Shown here piece by piece: positions 1 to 12,520 of a stretch of 64,000 nt of DNA. Below the pieces are notes generated by a model. The model was not told the DNA's origin. It worked only from the letters and a program-made list of their open reading frames with translations, and did not search any database. The translations under genes were made by a program, and so were the position numbers. The DNA comes from Camelus ferus (lineage: Eukaryota): positions 25,360,001 through 25,424,000 of the forward strand of contig NC_045696.1 of NCBI RefSeq assembly GCF_009834535.1, given 5' to 3'. Within the stretch, counting starts at the first letter, position 1, and every line of letters begins with the position of its first letter.

Positions 1-302
1 TGAAAAAAAAAGAAATTAATTCCTGGAGAATGCCAACAACATAGATTAATCTCAAAAACATAATGTTAAGCAAAGACAGTGGAATCAAAGAGAACATGCT
101 GTACAATTTCGTTTATATGAATTAAAGAACAGACCAAAAGATATGTGGTAATAGACATCTGAATAATTAATGCCTCAGGAAAGATGGGGTTGACTGGAAG
201 ATTGCAAAATAGACTTCTCAAGAATGATAAAAATTTTCTCTGTCTTATCCTGCTTGATGGCTACATGTATACAATTAGCAAAACTCATTGAACTGAACAT
301 TT
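1..302 (+). mobile_element. Ancient L1 (L1MC/L1ME-type) 3' end fragment
   Basis: Matches the old L1 3'UTR pattern (aatctcaaaaacataatgttaag ... aaaactcattgaactgaacatt); heavily diverged. Confidence 0.7.
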
Positions 303-305
303 GAT

Positions 306-505
306 AAAGTAAAACAGTCTATTCATACATGACATGATTGTGAATAAAGAATTCTCAATGGGATCTACCAAAAAAATCCGACTGAATTAATAAGTGAATT
401 TACCAAGGTTGCAGGAAATAAGATCATTAAACAAAATTAATTCTATTTGTATAATCTAGTAATACATAATTAGAAAATATAATTACTAAAGATACAATTT
501 GAATA
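306..505 (+). mobile_element. Ancient L1 ORF2 (RT region) fragment
   Basis: gtaaaacagtctattcatacatgacatgattgtg ... gaattaataagtgaatttaccaaggttgcagga corresponds to degenerate VKLSLFADDMIV ... ELINEFSKVAG. Confidence 0.75.
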
Positions 506-693
506 GATTAAAACACTAGGTTTTAAAAATTGTATTTAAATTATACCTAAATTTTAAAAAATACACAGAAGTTTAAAATGTACTTATATGCAAAGGAAAC
601 AGTCATGTCACCTGAGATATCTTAGGGGGTTATTTTACAAAATATCCTTTGTAGTTTATTTTTTCAACATTCCAAACAACCTACGTCATTATT

Positions 694-1150
694 TGTGATG
701 CAAAGAGTTTCTTGTCTGTAGCTATAAGATAACTTGAGCCTTATGTCAAAGCCCCAAGTGGGATAGTATAAAAGGCCATCTCCCCTAGAAGCTAGAAACA
801 TAACCACATTCCTCCTCCTGCTCATAGATATCTGCTGTGTCTGCCTAAGAGTCCCCTTACTTGGGATTTTACATGACCATAGCTCTGGAGACTTCCTTCC
901 TTCCCCTCCGCCACCTCCAAAAAGACACCAGCTATTCTCTATGCTAATTTGTTTCTTACTTGGTTTCCCGTTCTCCCAGGTCCTAAACTATACTGTAACC
1001 AGAAACTCTTTATTCTGTGAATAAACTCTGTGAGAAACTCTTCTCATCCAGTGAAAAGCCAAGAGATTTGTTCTCTCCTTCATTCCAGTTGTGCCCATTT
1101 TATCCTTCCATTATAATATACTTACGTCAACACTAACTTGTTTTTCAGAC
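694..1150 (+). mobile_element. ERVL solo LTR, MER54-like
   Basis: Blocks atgtcaaagccccaag, ccacattcctcctcctgctca, gaccatagctctggagact, ttctcccaggtcctaaacta and cagttgtgcccattttatccttccatt resemble the MER54 consensus as recalled. Confidence 0.75.
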
Positions 1151-2239
1151 TCACTCACTAGAGTGTAAGCTTCTAGATGGCAGGGACATGTTCTCATTTA
1201 TCTTTGTCCATAGAAGTTACAATAAATGTATATTTATATGCCTAATTATATTAGAAGTAAAGCATATTATGAACATCATCAATTCAAATTTAAAGAGTAA
1301 GTTATATAGTTTTCCTTTAGATTCAAATTATTGTTATCTGGAAATAGTCAATAGAAGAATTTACAATGAGTAATTCCTCAAAAACAACTATCTAAGTTCA
1401 GACAATGAGCTTTAGCATTTGCAGATTATTCAAGATTTTGGAAGTTGATGCTGTTTAAATATTGAATGAGCCCTTTCAGCTAGAAAGAATGCTATAAAAT
1501 TGAAAGAGACTTTCATCTGAGATATAATAAGGAGTGAGTTTCATTTGTGCAAGCATGTTTCTTACTATGAATGACGGCCACCTATTATGTTGTTTTGTAT
1601 GAGCTATTTCATATTATTCTAGTCCTATAATAGCAAATACAAGTAAGTGCTGAAAGCATATTATGGTTGTTTGGTTTATAGCATGAAATGAAATATATAA
1701 AAAACTCAAGTGCTCTTGTGAGGCTTTTCATTGTTCATATGACCCTCTTCCTCTTGATATGCACAATAAGATGCTCCAAGCATGCTTTACACTCAGGTTT
1801 CTCAGGCTCGCATTATTTTGTTCTAAGTAGAGTTTCTATCATGAGAAAGATATTTTTTCTATTATTTACTACTCTTTGGTATTCACATATTTCCTTTGAT
1901 AACTCTCTTTGGTAACCACCTTCTTTTTTCATTTCTCAAGACTACCTTTAGTTTTTTCTTGAGTGTTTATAACCTTTAAGGAAATATTTATAGAGGTTAC
2001 TTTTTGTTTTGATAAAAGGATCTACTGATAATACATATTTTCAATGACTCACCTAACTAATAAAAGTATCTAAAAATATCAAATTACATTTTAAGAGAAT
2101 GATATAGAAAATGGTATTTAATATCAGTGTGTATTACAAAAACATGAGTATTTTCAGAACTCCAATTTCCTCTAAATATAGGTGAATCCTAGAAGACGTA
2201 GTCATTTTTCAGTCTCTTCTGGTTTAGTTTATTAACAGT

Positions 2240-2402
2240 GGCAACCCCTTACTGAGCATGAAATCTATTCCAGCATTACTCTAAGCATTTGTGTTTATTA
2301 TCTTATTCAAGTTTCATAACAATCACATAAGGCAAATGTTATTATGTTACTCCAAAAATGGGAAACAAAAAAGTAGGCATAGTCACATGATCCATGGTCA
2401 CA
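2240..2402 (-). mobile_element. MIR SINE fragment
   Basis: ttactgagca ... ctaagcattt ... cataacaatcacataaggc ... ggtcaca, a reverse-oriented MIR core pattern. Confidence 0.6.
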
Positions 2403-2419
2403 TGATTTTGACCAACAGC

Positions 2420-3212
2420 ATATCGGGGGATCTCACTGGTGGGTCTTCTTGCAAAGTTTTTGAAAGTAGAAAGAATTGGCTGGAATATGCTTTCTACTTT
2501 TTTCCCTTGGCCTCTCCCTTTCACTGTTTGGATGTAATGCTTGGAGACAGAACAACCATCTTATGAGCATGAGGGAAAATACCAAACTCTATAGAGAGGG
2601 AGGATCAAAGTAAAAAGAAGACACTATGATGACATTGTGAAGCTCCTCTACAGGTCTGAACTGCTTCCTCTAAGACCCTTTTTATCTTGAGAAAAAAAAT
2701 CAGTTCTATTTGATTAGGTCACTATAAGCTTACCTCAGGGATATCGTGGGTTCAGTTCTATGCCACCAAAATAAAGTGAATATTGCAATAAAGCAGATTA
2801 CAAAATGTTTGGTTTCCCAGTGCAAATAAAAGTTATGTTGATTCTGTACTGCAGTCTATTAAGTGTGCAATAACATATGTCTAAAAATATATAAATAACT
2901 TGTTAAAAATACTTTATTGCTAAAAAGTGCCAGCCCTCTACTGAGCCTCCTGTGAGTTGTAGTTGTAGCATCAAAAATCACTGATTATAGATCACCATAA
3001 TAAATATAATAATGAAAAAGTTTGAAATATTGCAAGAATTACCAAAATGTGACCTGGAGACACAAAGTGTACAAATACTGATGGAAAAATGGCACAGGTA
3101 CACTCATTTGTTGCAGGGATGCTGCACAGCTTCAGTTTATAAAGAACACAGTATGTGCAAAGCACAATAAACAATATATGCCTGCATAGTGCAGATGACA
3201 CAGTCTCAAAAG
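2420..3212 (+). mobile_element. MaLR (MLT1-type) LTR, interrupted by a Tigger1 derivative
   Basis: ttggatgtaatgcttggag ... ccatcttatgagcatgaggg ... gatgacattgtgaagct; resumes after 3184 and ends in gataca, a typical MLT1 terminus. Confidence 0.6.
2725..3184 (-). mobile_element. Tigger1 internal-deletion derivative (Tigger1a-type MITE, TcMar-Tigger)
   Basis: Both Tigger1 termini are present (taagcttacctcagggatatcgtgggttcagttc ... gcacaataaacaatatatgcctg) and joined directly. TA at 2723-2724 and CA at 3185-3186 fit a decayed TA target-site duplication. Confidence 0.9.
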
Positions 3213-5030
3213 ATACAACCAAGTCCTAACTTGTTTTTTTTTCATATACTGTATTGCTGTGTTGGAAACATGGTATTGCTTTCATACGTGCTGGGGCTAG
3301 AATTCCTCTTGACAAAGAAACCTCAGAGACTGCAGGTAGAACAAGTGAAAGTGAGTCCTGACAATTCACACGAGTGTCTTACAAAACCAGCAAGCAGATG
3401 CAGCATGATCTAATTACTCAGGCCTAGTTCTGGAGCAAGACTTCTTGTAGATTTCTGAAGGCCTCTTGGGTGCTACGTGTGCTTTTCCAGCTTTAATGAC
3501 TTTACAGATATTCAGCACAGTTTCAATGGGACACTGGTGAGAAAAAAACAGAGTCTACTATTTATCCCAATTTAGCTGTTTCTGTACCTAAGTGTTCTTT
3601 ATTTCTGTCCCTAACTGTTCCATAAGTGATAAAATTTCCATTGCATTTATACCTCAAAGCTGGAAATAAAGTATGAATAAAACAAAGGAGGACACAATGT
3701 ATTTTTCCTAGAATGGAAAAATTTTGAGAATTGTTCATCACGGCAATTTAGAGAAATGTAACAAAATTAATAATTACTCAAGAACCACATAAACGTTCTA
3801 GTTCAGTCTCTGATTTCATACCAGAAATATCATAAGAAATGCGTAACCTCTATTACCTAACCTAATAGAAATCTGACCCCTAAACTAATATCTTCGTAAG
3901 AAATGCACCATTCTATCTTGAAGTAAAAAACACTTACAAAAAGAAGTATATTTGCTAATATGAGTAACATCAAAAAGTAAACTGTCTTTGTATGAAAAGG
4001 CTGCCATTCATAGTGCTATTTAAGAAAGAATAGAATGTGCAGGTTGAAAGCCGACTACTTTAAGAAAACTTAGTGTTAGATTATTGCTGTTTATCTGTAG
4101 GCATTGTAACATATTTTAAGTCATTCTTTGCTGCTTACTTAAATATACTAATTCTCTTTATAGTACTGGAGTATTTTTTTCTGTGTAAATGTATGAAATA
4201 TGTTTAATACAATAAGAAACACATTATACGAAGACTTAATAAACTAGATATTACAGGCATCTTATTTTATTAATCATACTGATCGTGATGGTAATTTGTC
4301 ACTTAGGGTACTGTAAAGTGTTTCATCAGCTTGAAGTTCTGAGGTCCAGAAATCATAGATCAGTTGTATTAACTTAGGTGAGGCAAATGAATAACCTCTG
4401 AAGATTTCAGTTTTATCACTTGTAAAGGGAAAAAGTTACACTTTAATCTCTATTAATTGACTAATACATGTGTTAAAAGTATTGCTTTGAGCATATTCTA
4501 GATCTAAAACTTAGCAGATGTGATCCAGCGATCATAGGTTGAAGGAATTACAGGACACCATTTTGGGGGTCTGATCCATAGTCCTTGAAAGAGCATAACC
4601 CAGTGATTATGATTTCCCTTCCTTTTCAGCTGCTGCTATTGGGAAGATTTTAGCAGGCAACCAAACTGGGGTAACTCCCCTCTAACCGTCTCAAACTTTC
4701 TCATCATTTGCCTGAGGCCTGCTTCTAAGTCTTTCAACAGATACTTATTTTGTCAGTTGCTGTAATGTATGCCAATGCTTTCTTGTCCGTCTTGGGGTTA
4801 AACTATAAGGCAGGACACCTTGTTTTGGATTTTAGTTTACGTCTGACATTTGAATAGCAATGTGCCAAATAGTATCTTTGACCTTCGGCTGGCAGATGTG
4901 TTTGGAATCTGTGTGAATTGTCTTGTTCTGATCAGCTATAAATAGGTGAAGAAACAGTACAATGGGTAGCACTCAGTAAAATCTGTAATAGCTTCTTCCC
5001 CTTTTGTCTCACCTGCCAGCTCACAGGTGT

Positions 5031-5060
5031 GCATACACACACACAGACACACAGACACAC
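5031..5060. repeat. (AC)n-type imperfect microsatellite
   Basis: gcatacacacacacagacacacagacacac. Confidence 0.8.
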
Positions 5061-5724
5061 ATAGAACTAGGATGAGGTCTCCATTAAATTTATAGTTCCA
5101 CTCCTTGGCCTCATCTTGAACTCCTAATACAATGGCTCCTTGCAATTCATCACAAGGGAAACTATAAGTAAGTGATGGATGGATTGGCCTAAATCTATCA
5201 TGACTAATAGAAAACAATTCAAAAATTAAGATGCTTAACACTTTAAATCAGTGCTTTTATTATCTCACCTAAAGGGTAATAGCATCTTCATCATCATCAT
5301 CATTATCTTGAGGTCCTTAAGTATTATTGAAGTTGAATCCAAGGACAGGTAGTTCTAATTTTGCAGCATGCTGTGAATGTGCTCTGCTCCTAGTTTCCAG
5401 GGCTATGATGATGTCTAGGTAATTGTGATAGATAATGTTCTCTATGTGAGCTTTCTCTTAAGTTTGGTGAATTCGCTTGTGAACAGCACTAGCCTGTATG
5501 TCTAACAGAAAATCAGTTAGTATTAATGATACAAATATTTGCTTAATAAGACTCCTTAGGGAGCCAATATTAATCAAAGGCTCAGAATGATCTGTAATTA
5601 GCACATCAATTGTACATGTGTTAGTGGATGATTCTAAAGTGCTGAAGGGTTCTTGAAATACTTTATTCTTTATTATAATTTAGCATTTTTCTCCTGGCAC
5701 TTTATTTAAATTTCTTAGCCCAAG

Positions 5725-6290
5725 ACATCATTGCCTTTCATCTGGACACTGCCCCTAACCTTCTAACTTCTTCTACTTTGACCTTGGTTGTATACAGCTC
5801 AGAGTAACTTTTTTACGATATGAATCAAATCAGGTCTCTTGTCAGATTAAACTCCTTCCAGTATCTTTGCATCACACTAAAATAAAATTTCAGTTTTGAT
5901 CTTTGCTTACCTTTTCTGAATCAGTTCCTCCTACTTTATGCTCCACAGTTTGTCTCTCCTTGAGGACCTGCATGTGCAATGACCTCTGCCTACAATACTG
6001 CCCAAGGACTCCTTCTGGTCCTTCAGTTTCAGTTCAACTGACATCTCAGAAACACCTCCTCTGACTCCTGAATCTAAAGTATGACCTCATACAACTGGAT
6101 GACTCTCAACTATTTTCCCCTGTTTTTACTTTATTTGTCATATTCATTGCTTTCTGAAAAAATTTTGCATTGAATTATTCAATCATGATCTATCTCTCCT
6201 CATTAGATGTAAGCTTCATGAAAGCAAACACTTCTTCAAAGCCTTATTCCTAAAATCTGGAACAGTGACTGTCAAATAATAGGTATTTTA
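5725..6290 (+). mobile_element. L2 LINE 3' region
   Basis: Pyrimidine-rich L2 body ending in cattagatgtaagcttcatgaaagc ... ggaacagtgactgtcaaataataggt. Confidence 0.7.
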
Positions 6291-7699
6291 TAATATTATA
6301 TGTGCATATATATATATAAGCTAAATTGAAAAGTAGGTATTACATGGGATCTTCTCTCATCTCACATTTCTGACTGACTTATAAAGCTATTATTCATAAA
6401 TTACTTTAACATTCTACCTGGACTTTTCTTATTTGTTTTATTATTTTCATTATATTAAGTAATTTTATTAATGAAAAATATCTGATTGTTCATATACAAA
6501 GTAGAATCTTCCATACACTTTGCCAAAAACTTCAGGGAAAGTGAGGAATCAATGGTGAAAATTCTGAGGCCTGCATAGCATCTCTCCTCTGAGAATTTCT
6601 ACACTTTCCTAGATCGCTGGCCCGAAGAACACTTTCCCCCTTTTACAGTGTCTTTTAAAAGAAGTGTCATGTTTGAATTCCAGTAGGGAGCACGACCTCC
6701 TGTGGAAGCTGCAATTAGTTTGCTGTTCATCTGATTCTACAGGGTCTCTACCTGTTTTCGTACAAATTTGCTTGCTTTTATTTTTGCCCCCAACTTATTT
6801 GCTGTGTTATTGTTGGCCTGAATGCCTCACTGTTGTTATCTTTGTGAACAGACTCTAGGAGAGATTAAAGTAAGCCAGCTGAGTGATTTTCCAATAACAA
6901 ATCACAATTCTAATTATTCTGGAACTGAAGCAGGTGACAGAGTCACAGGTGAGCGGAAGAAAGAGCCTGTGGTTTGGCTTCTTGCGGACGATGCTCCCAC
7001 CTGTACCTGTACTCTGGAGGAAGCCTGTCTTGGGCTCTGTGCTGTTCTCTGACAGCACATGAGAGAGGGCACCTTATCCCCTTGTTTATTTATAGGCCTC
7101 TTTTATATTTTGACGTGATGAAAACTGTGAGTCCTATACATGTAGCTGGATTTCTTTTCTTAGCAATACAGAAAGAAAAATATTTGTCCTCCTTCCTCTG
7201 AACCTTTGATATGCGAACAATCATGTTTTGAAATTCTGTAAAAGATATGATGTAAGCTAATTGAGATTCAATTAGTACATCACATGCTCTTTGCTATGCA
7301 GAAGCTAACTGGGGATCTGTCTGTTAGAAATTACTCATAGCTGCATGAGAGCTAGATGAATAGTAATTTAGACCTTGAAAGACATGCAAGACTATAAATG
7401 GAAGTAAAAGTGAAGCTAATGGAAGATCACCCAAGAACTTATCAGAATTCCCTAATGAGAAATTCTAATTTTTATATTTGACATTAGGGCTTATGATAAT
7501 GACGAGACCTCAAGATTGACTACAATTAGATCCATAAAATGCATTGCAAATATCTTGAAAACTACCTATTAAATTGAACCTTTGAGCCAGATTTGTCTCC
7601 CTCTATTATAATGATTTATAGCATGAGAAATTCTGGATTTACTTTTCTTTGTTATTAACAACCAATATAATTCCATATTATGTATCTCTAATTATACAT

Positions 7700-8320
7700 T
7701 ACAACCAAAGTGATCTTTTCAAAACCAAAGACAAAAAGTCACTCCTCCGCTCAAAATACTTCAGATGGCTTCCCACCTTCCTGAGAATTAATTACCAAGC
7801 CCTTTCCATGGCCTTCTAGGTCCTCTTAGGATTTTCTCACCCTCCCCCCACCCCACTCTCTGCTCTGGTCACATTTCAATCTCTCCCTTTGTTTATCTGT
7901 TCTAGCAGCTAGCTCTACCCTCATTTATGTTTTGAAAGCCATGCTGTGTGGCCTCCCCTCTTCTTAGGACCTTTGCCGAGTCTGTTCTCTTAGCAGAAAA
8001 TGTCTCCAGATCCTCATGGCTCCTACCTGCATTTCACTCTACTCTGCGCGAGGGTCACCTTTTCAGAGACCTTCCCTGATTAAACTACCTAACATGGAGC
8101 ACGCCTCTCCTCAGACCCACCAACTCTGTCTTCTTTATCCTGATATACTGTTCTTAGCACTTGCAACCTGAAGTACTATATTCTGTTTATTTTTTTTTTC
8201 TGTAGTTTTCCACTTGGAATGTAAGTTTCCCAAGGATAGACATCTTGCAATTTTGTTCATAACTCTACCTCTGATAAATATTAGGCACTCAATGAATGTC
8301 TGTCCACTGAATGAATGATT
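7700..8320 (+). mobile_element. L2a LINE 3' region
   Basis: gtcactcctccgctcaaaatacttcagatggcttccc ... ggaatgtaagtttcccaagg ... taggcactcaatgaatgt ... tgaatgaatga tail. Confidence 0.8.
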
Positions 8321-10099
8321 TATGAGGCTTTACCTTTGTGATTTATCTAAATCAGTTAATTGTACATTCGCTAATGAAAGAGAACAGAGTAATAATTTTT
8401 ACGTGAAATATAAGAGATTAGTCTTTGTCTTATACAATGCTATTGTTAAAATTACTTGCATAATAGTAAATTTTAGATATGTCCTTATTCATATATAATC
8501 CCTTGAAATTTATTTTTTAACTGTTTAAACAATAAGTATTATGAAAATTTTATTTTCATAGATATTTTTAGCTAATCTTACACTAAAAATATTCTATATC
8601 TGATCTCATAAAAATAGCTCTTCAAATAGTATTTAACATTAATTTTGTTAAGCAGAGAAATGATTATTAATAAAGAGCAATTTAGTTCAAGATTGCTTTA
8701 TATCGCATTACTTTTTCAGCATTTTTTATTGCAACCCAAGCAATGAAAATTGCAATGAAAAGCATATTTTATTTTAAACTCTAAGAAAATAAAATAATAC
8801 TATTACCCATACTAATGTTAGCCAAATTTGTGTGCACTCAACATAAAATTTAAGCAGAAATGCATGCCATAAGCAATTTCATGTAAATCTATTTTTTTAA
8901 TTTTTAGTTCTCTAAACAGGTTCTTTATAAAGTCAAAATGACTACCTTTGATCTTAGAAGATAATTGCATAGATATTATTTGCTTTTCATTTATTATATC
9001 TCATATGAAATAATCAGTTTACCTACCTCCAGTTAAAATTCCAAACTGCAAAGGTCACATAACATTCTGAACAGCTGTGGAGAGGGATCATCTCATCTAC
9101 CTGTCTATCTATCTATCTATCAAGAAGTATTTATAAACCTCTTTCCTGCACTTAATATACCCAAATTTCCATCATCATTGGTGGTAGGGAGTTGAGGACA
9201 ACTTGCGGGGGAAGAAATACATATTTTTTACTGCTTTTCTCCAAAAGAATTTACGCTTGCAACAATATGAGTCCAACACATTGCAGAATATTAGAGATAA
9301 CACTAACTCAGTGGGGAAAATTCCATTTACTGCATCACTACTTCCTGTGGTTTGTGTCTGAATTTGCCACAGTGAAAATGCTCATACTCAACATTATTTA
9401 AGTTGTAAAACAATTGGTTATTAGAGTCTGTAGGAAACCACAAAAAAAAGAAAGAAAATGGACTGCATGAAGCTTTTTACACAATTTATATTATTCAAGT
9501 GACTCTAATTTCCATTAGGAAAAAAATACCTGAATAATCTACCTCAAGCCTCTTACCTGGGTTCTTTTTTTTTTTTAATCCAAAATGAGTATTGTGTGAA
9601 AAAGAGGCATTATTTGGAAGCTGTAACCAGGTTTCACTATATTTTGTGCAACATTTGATTATCAATCCTTTTCTACCAGTCTGTGTGGAGCATCCTTTAC
9701 CAACAATGGATAATATGTCCCAACATACAGTGATATGTATTCACTATCCTTTATTAAGGAGCACTGCTTATAATAGACCATGAGTTTTAAAAATAGCATT
9801 AATGTTGTTATCATTATTGTTTTTCTTCTGGTGTCATATCTAAATATAGTAAAAGTTAGATTTAAACATTTATAATATAGCTGTGCATCTTTACTGAATG
9901 AAGAAAAATCACATCTTACAAGATTCTATTGTGTCTTCCCCCTACTTGGCATATAAAGGAGTTAACATAAATAATTGCCAAGAAAATAGTTGAGGGATAT
10001 ATGGGATGTGCTTTTGGTAGCTGTTTACGTCTTTTTTATTAAATTTTGTACTTTAAGAAATACGTGAATACGTGAAATAGAGTAGACTTTTTCAAAACA

Positions 10100-10630
10100 T
10101 GTGTTCCAGGTACTTACTGTTATTTAACAAATTACCCCAAAACTTAGCAGCCTGAAACAAGAACTATCTTATCATATTTTATGATTTTGTGGGTCAAGAT
10201 TTATCTGGGTGATTCTACTCCATGTGTCATTGACTAAGGTCAACAGTTGTTATTCAGCAGCCTAGTGGGATGACATAGAAGGCTGAAGCAGCTTCACGTC
10301 ACGTCTCATGCCTTGGCTGAAATGACTTGAAGGTAAAATTCGGCTGGACCAGTAGACCGCAGTACCTATACCTGACCACTCCAGCATGACCACATGGGGT
10401 GGTGGGACTTCTCCCGTGGCAGCAAATGTTCCTAGGTAGACCTGAGTCAAGGAGACAGGAAGTGGAAGCTTTCTGTTTCTTAAGGTCCAGATTCATAAAA
10501 TAACAAGGTTTCTCTTTTGCCATATTCTGTTAGTTTAAAAAGCCTCCTCAGATTCATGGGAGAGAAATATGGGTCTCACTTCTTGATGGGAGAAATATCA
10601 AAGGACTTTGGCCATTTTTAATTTGTCGCA
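10100..10630 (-). mobile_element. MaLR solo LTR (MLT1F/H-type)
   Basis: aacaaattaccccaaaacttagcagc ... gccatattctgttag ... cacttcttgatgggaga ... ggccatttttaatttgtcgca, near-complete reverse MLT1 LTR. Confidence 0.85.
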
Positions 10631-11059
10631 GTTATCAGGTTTATTTTCCTGCATTTTATAATGTGTCTAAATGTAAGTCAGGAATTCTTAATAGTAGAAT
10701 TCTCTTGAAGGCACTCATGAGATGTGAAAATGTCCTCTCTCAATGACTCTAAGATCTTGCTTCGTCATTCTTATTTCCTTTCCCAGTGTATTGTCAAAAT
10801 TCTACCATTGGGCAAAAATGAAAACAAACAGACCATGAGAAAATAAAAGAATCATCCCTTGATTCCTTATCACTCTGGTATAATGTCTATTTTTTTCTGT
10901 CCCCTACACCTACAAACATGTCACAATAGTACTGTGCATACAGTGTTTCCACGCCCATTTCTCTACTCAGAGCAACTTGATTTCTTTCTCATGTGTTTTG
11001 CAGAAATGTTTCGCACTCTTTTCCATCAGTGGCTTTATAATTCCAAAGACAGTGAACAT

Positions 11060-11815
11060 TCATTGTTTAGGTCTTGATGGACTTCTCTGCGGCTTTGGAC
11101 ACTGTTGATCTCTCTTTACAGCTGGAAATTATTCATCGGCCTTCTGAGTCGTTACTACTTCCTGTTTTTCCAAATTCCATGCTGCCTTTCTTGAGACTCT
11201 TCTAGCTTTGCCTAGCATGTAGTTGTCACCTCTCTCCAGAACTCTGCCACTGGGGGCTGCTATTTTTAATTCTAAAGTCTCTCTCTAGATGGTTTCATCT
11301 TTGTTTGTGCTTGGAAATAGTCACTATGTACTGATGACTGATATCGTTGTCTCTTTTTCAAACTCCTTCTCAGTAATTTAGATCCAGAATCCAAATGCCA
11401 GCTAGACATCTCTGAGTAGATGTTCTAGAGGTGCTTTAAGTTCAACATGTCTAACCTTCATCATCCTCTGATATATACCATACGTTTTTGGCAACATCAG
11501 AATTCATTAGCTCAGTCATGTTGTAAAATAGGATTTATCCCTAGTTTGTTCCTGTTTCTACCCTCTCCCAACCCTCTAACTACTTATAGCCTTTAAGTAA
11601 TCAGTCCTGTTGATTCAACCTACTAAATATTCCTTGTGTTTTAAAATTCTCTTTTCAATCCTTACTAACAGTGCACCAATTTGGATAGGAGTAATGCAGC
11701 TGCCTCCTGTTTGCTTCCCTGTCTAGTCTTATGTCCACTCAGATATTAGAATAAACCCTACAAACCAAACAATGACACCACCATGCTTCACTTTTTTTAA
11801 TGTCTCTCCATTTTC
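11060..11815 (+). mobile_element. L2 LINE fragment
   Basis: ggacttctctgcggctttggacactgttgatc ... tgccagctagacatctc ... aagttcaacatgtctaa. Confidence 0.7.
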
Positions 11816-11819
11816 AAGA

Positions 11820-12030
11820 GCAGTATTTTTAAAACTACAGATAGTTACCCATTAATAAATTATAAAATAAATTGACTGGATCACATTAACTGTGTTTAAT
11901 GAAATTGAATATACTATATAGAAAGTGACAGAAAGCTTTTCATTTAATAAGCATCAGTATGTCACTTGATTGTTTCAGATGTGCATGGGAACATACTGGA
12001 TGGTCATGAATATGATCTTCTTACTCTAGA
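11820..12030. mobile_element. hAT-Charlie MITE fragment
   Basis: Starts cagtatttttaaaact...acccatta, a Charlie-type TIR start. Confidence 0.55.
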
Positions 12031-12520
12031 GCAGTGGAGCACTGGTATTCCCAGTGCAGAGGATAATGCATTGGGGTGGGAAAAGATAATCTAGAACTTC
12101 TATTTATTTTATCTAAAAATGGCAAGAAATAACTTGAGCTTGTTTTATATTCAATATACAGATGAGAATAGGTGTCCTCCCTTGGTCAGTACATCAGATA
12201 TTTGAATTCATGTGATTCTACCAAGTTTGAGGTATTCAGAGGGAAGGATAAGTGATCCACAGTGAGAGGGCTGAAGATGATGTCCTCACTTCTTAAATCT
12301 CTTTCTGGTTGTGACATTTCTTCTATACATGTTTAAGTGAATTAATGTATTACTTTACCAGAGTATTAAATACATTAACTCTTACAATAAATCTGTGGCT
12401 TAAAAAGTAGTGAAAAGAAACCACAGAGTGGAGACATCTCTATGAGACAATAGAGAACACTGGCTTTATCACTTCTGCTTCTGCCAGGAGCTCTTCATCG
12501 GTCACAATACAAAGTAAAAA
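12031..12520 (+). mobile_element. hAT-Charlie 5' end fragment
   Basis: cagtgg ... cattggggtgggaaaagataatctagaacttctatttattttatctaaaaa resembles Charlie-family 5' subterminal sequence; subfamily uncertain. Confidence 0.55.
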
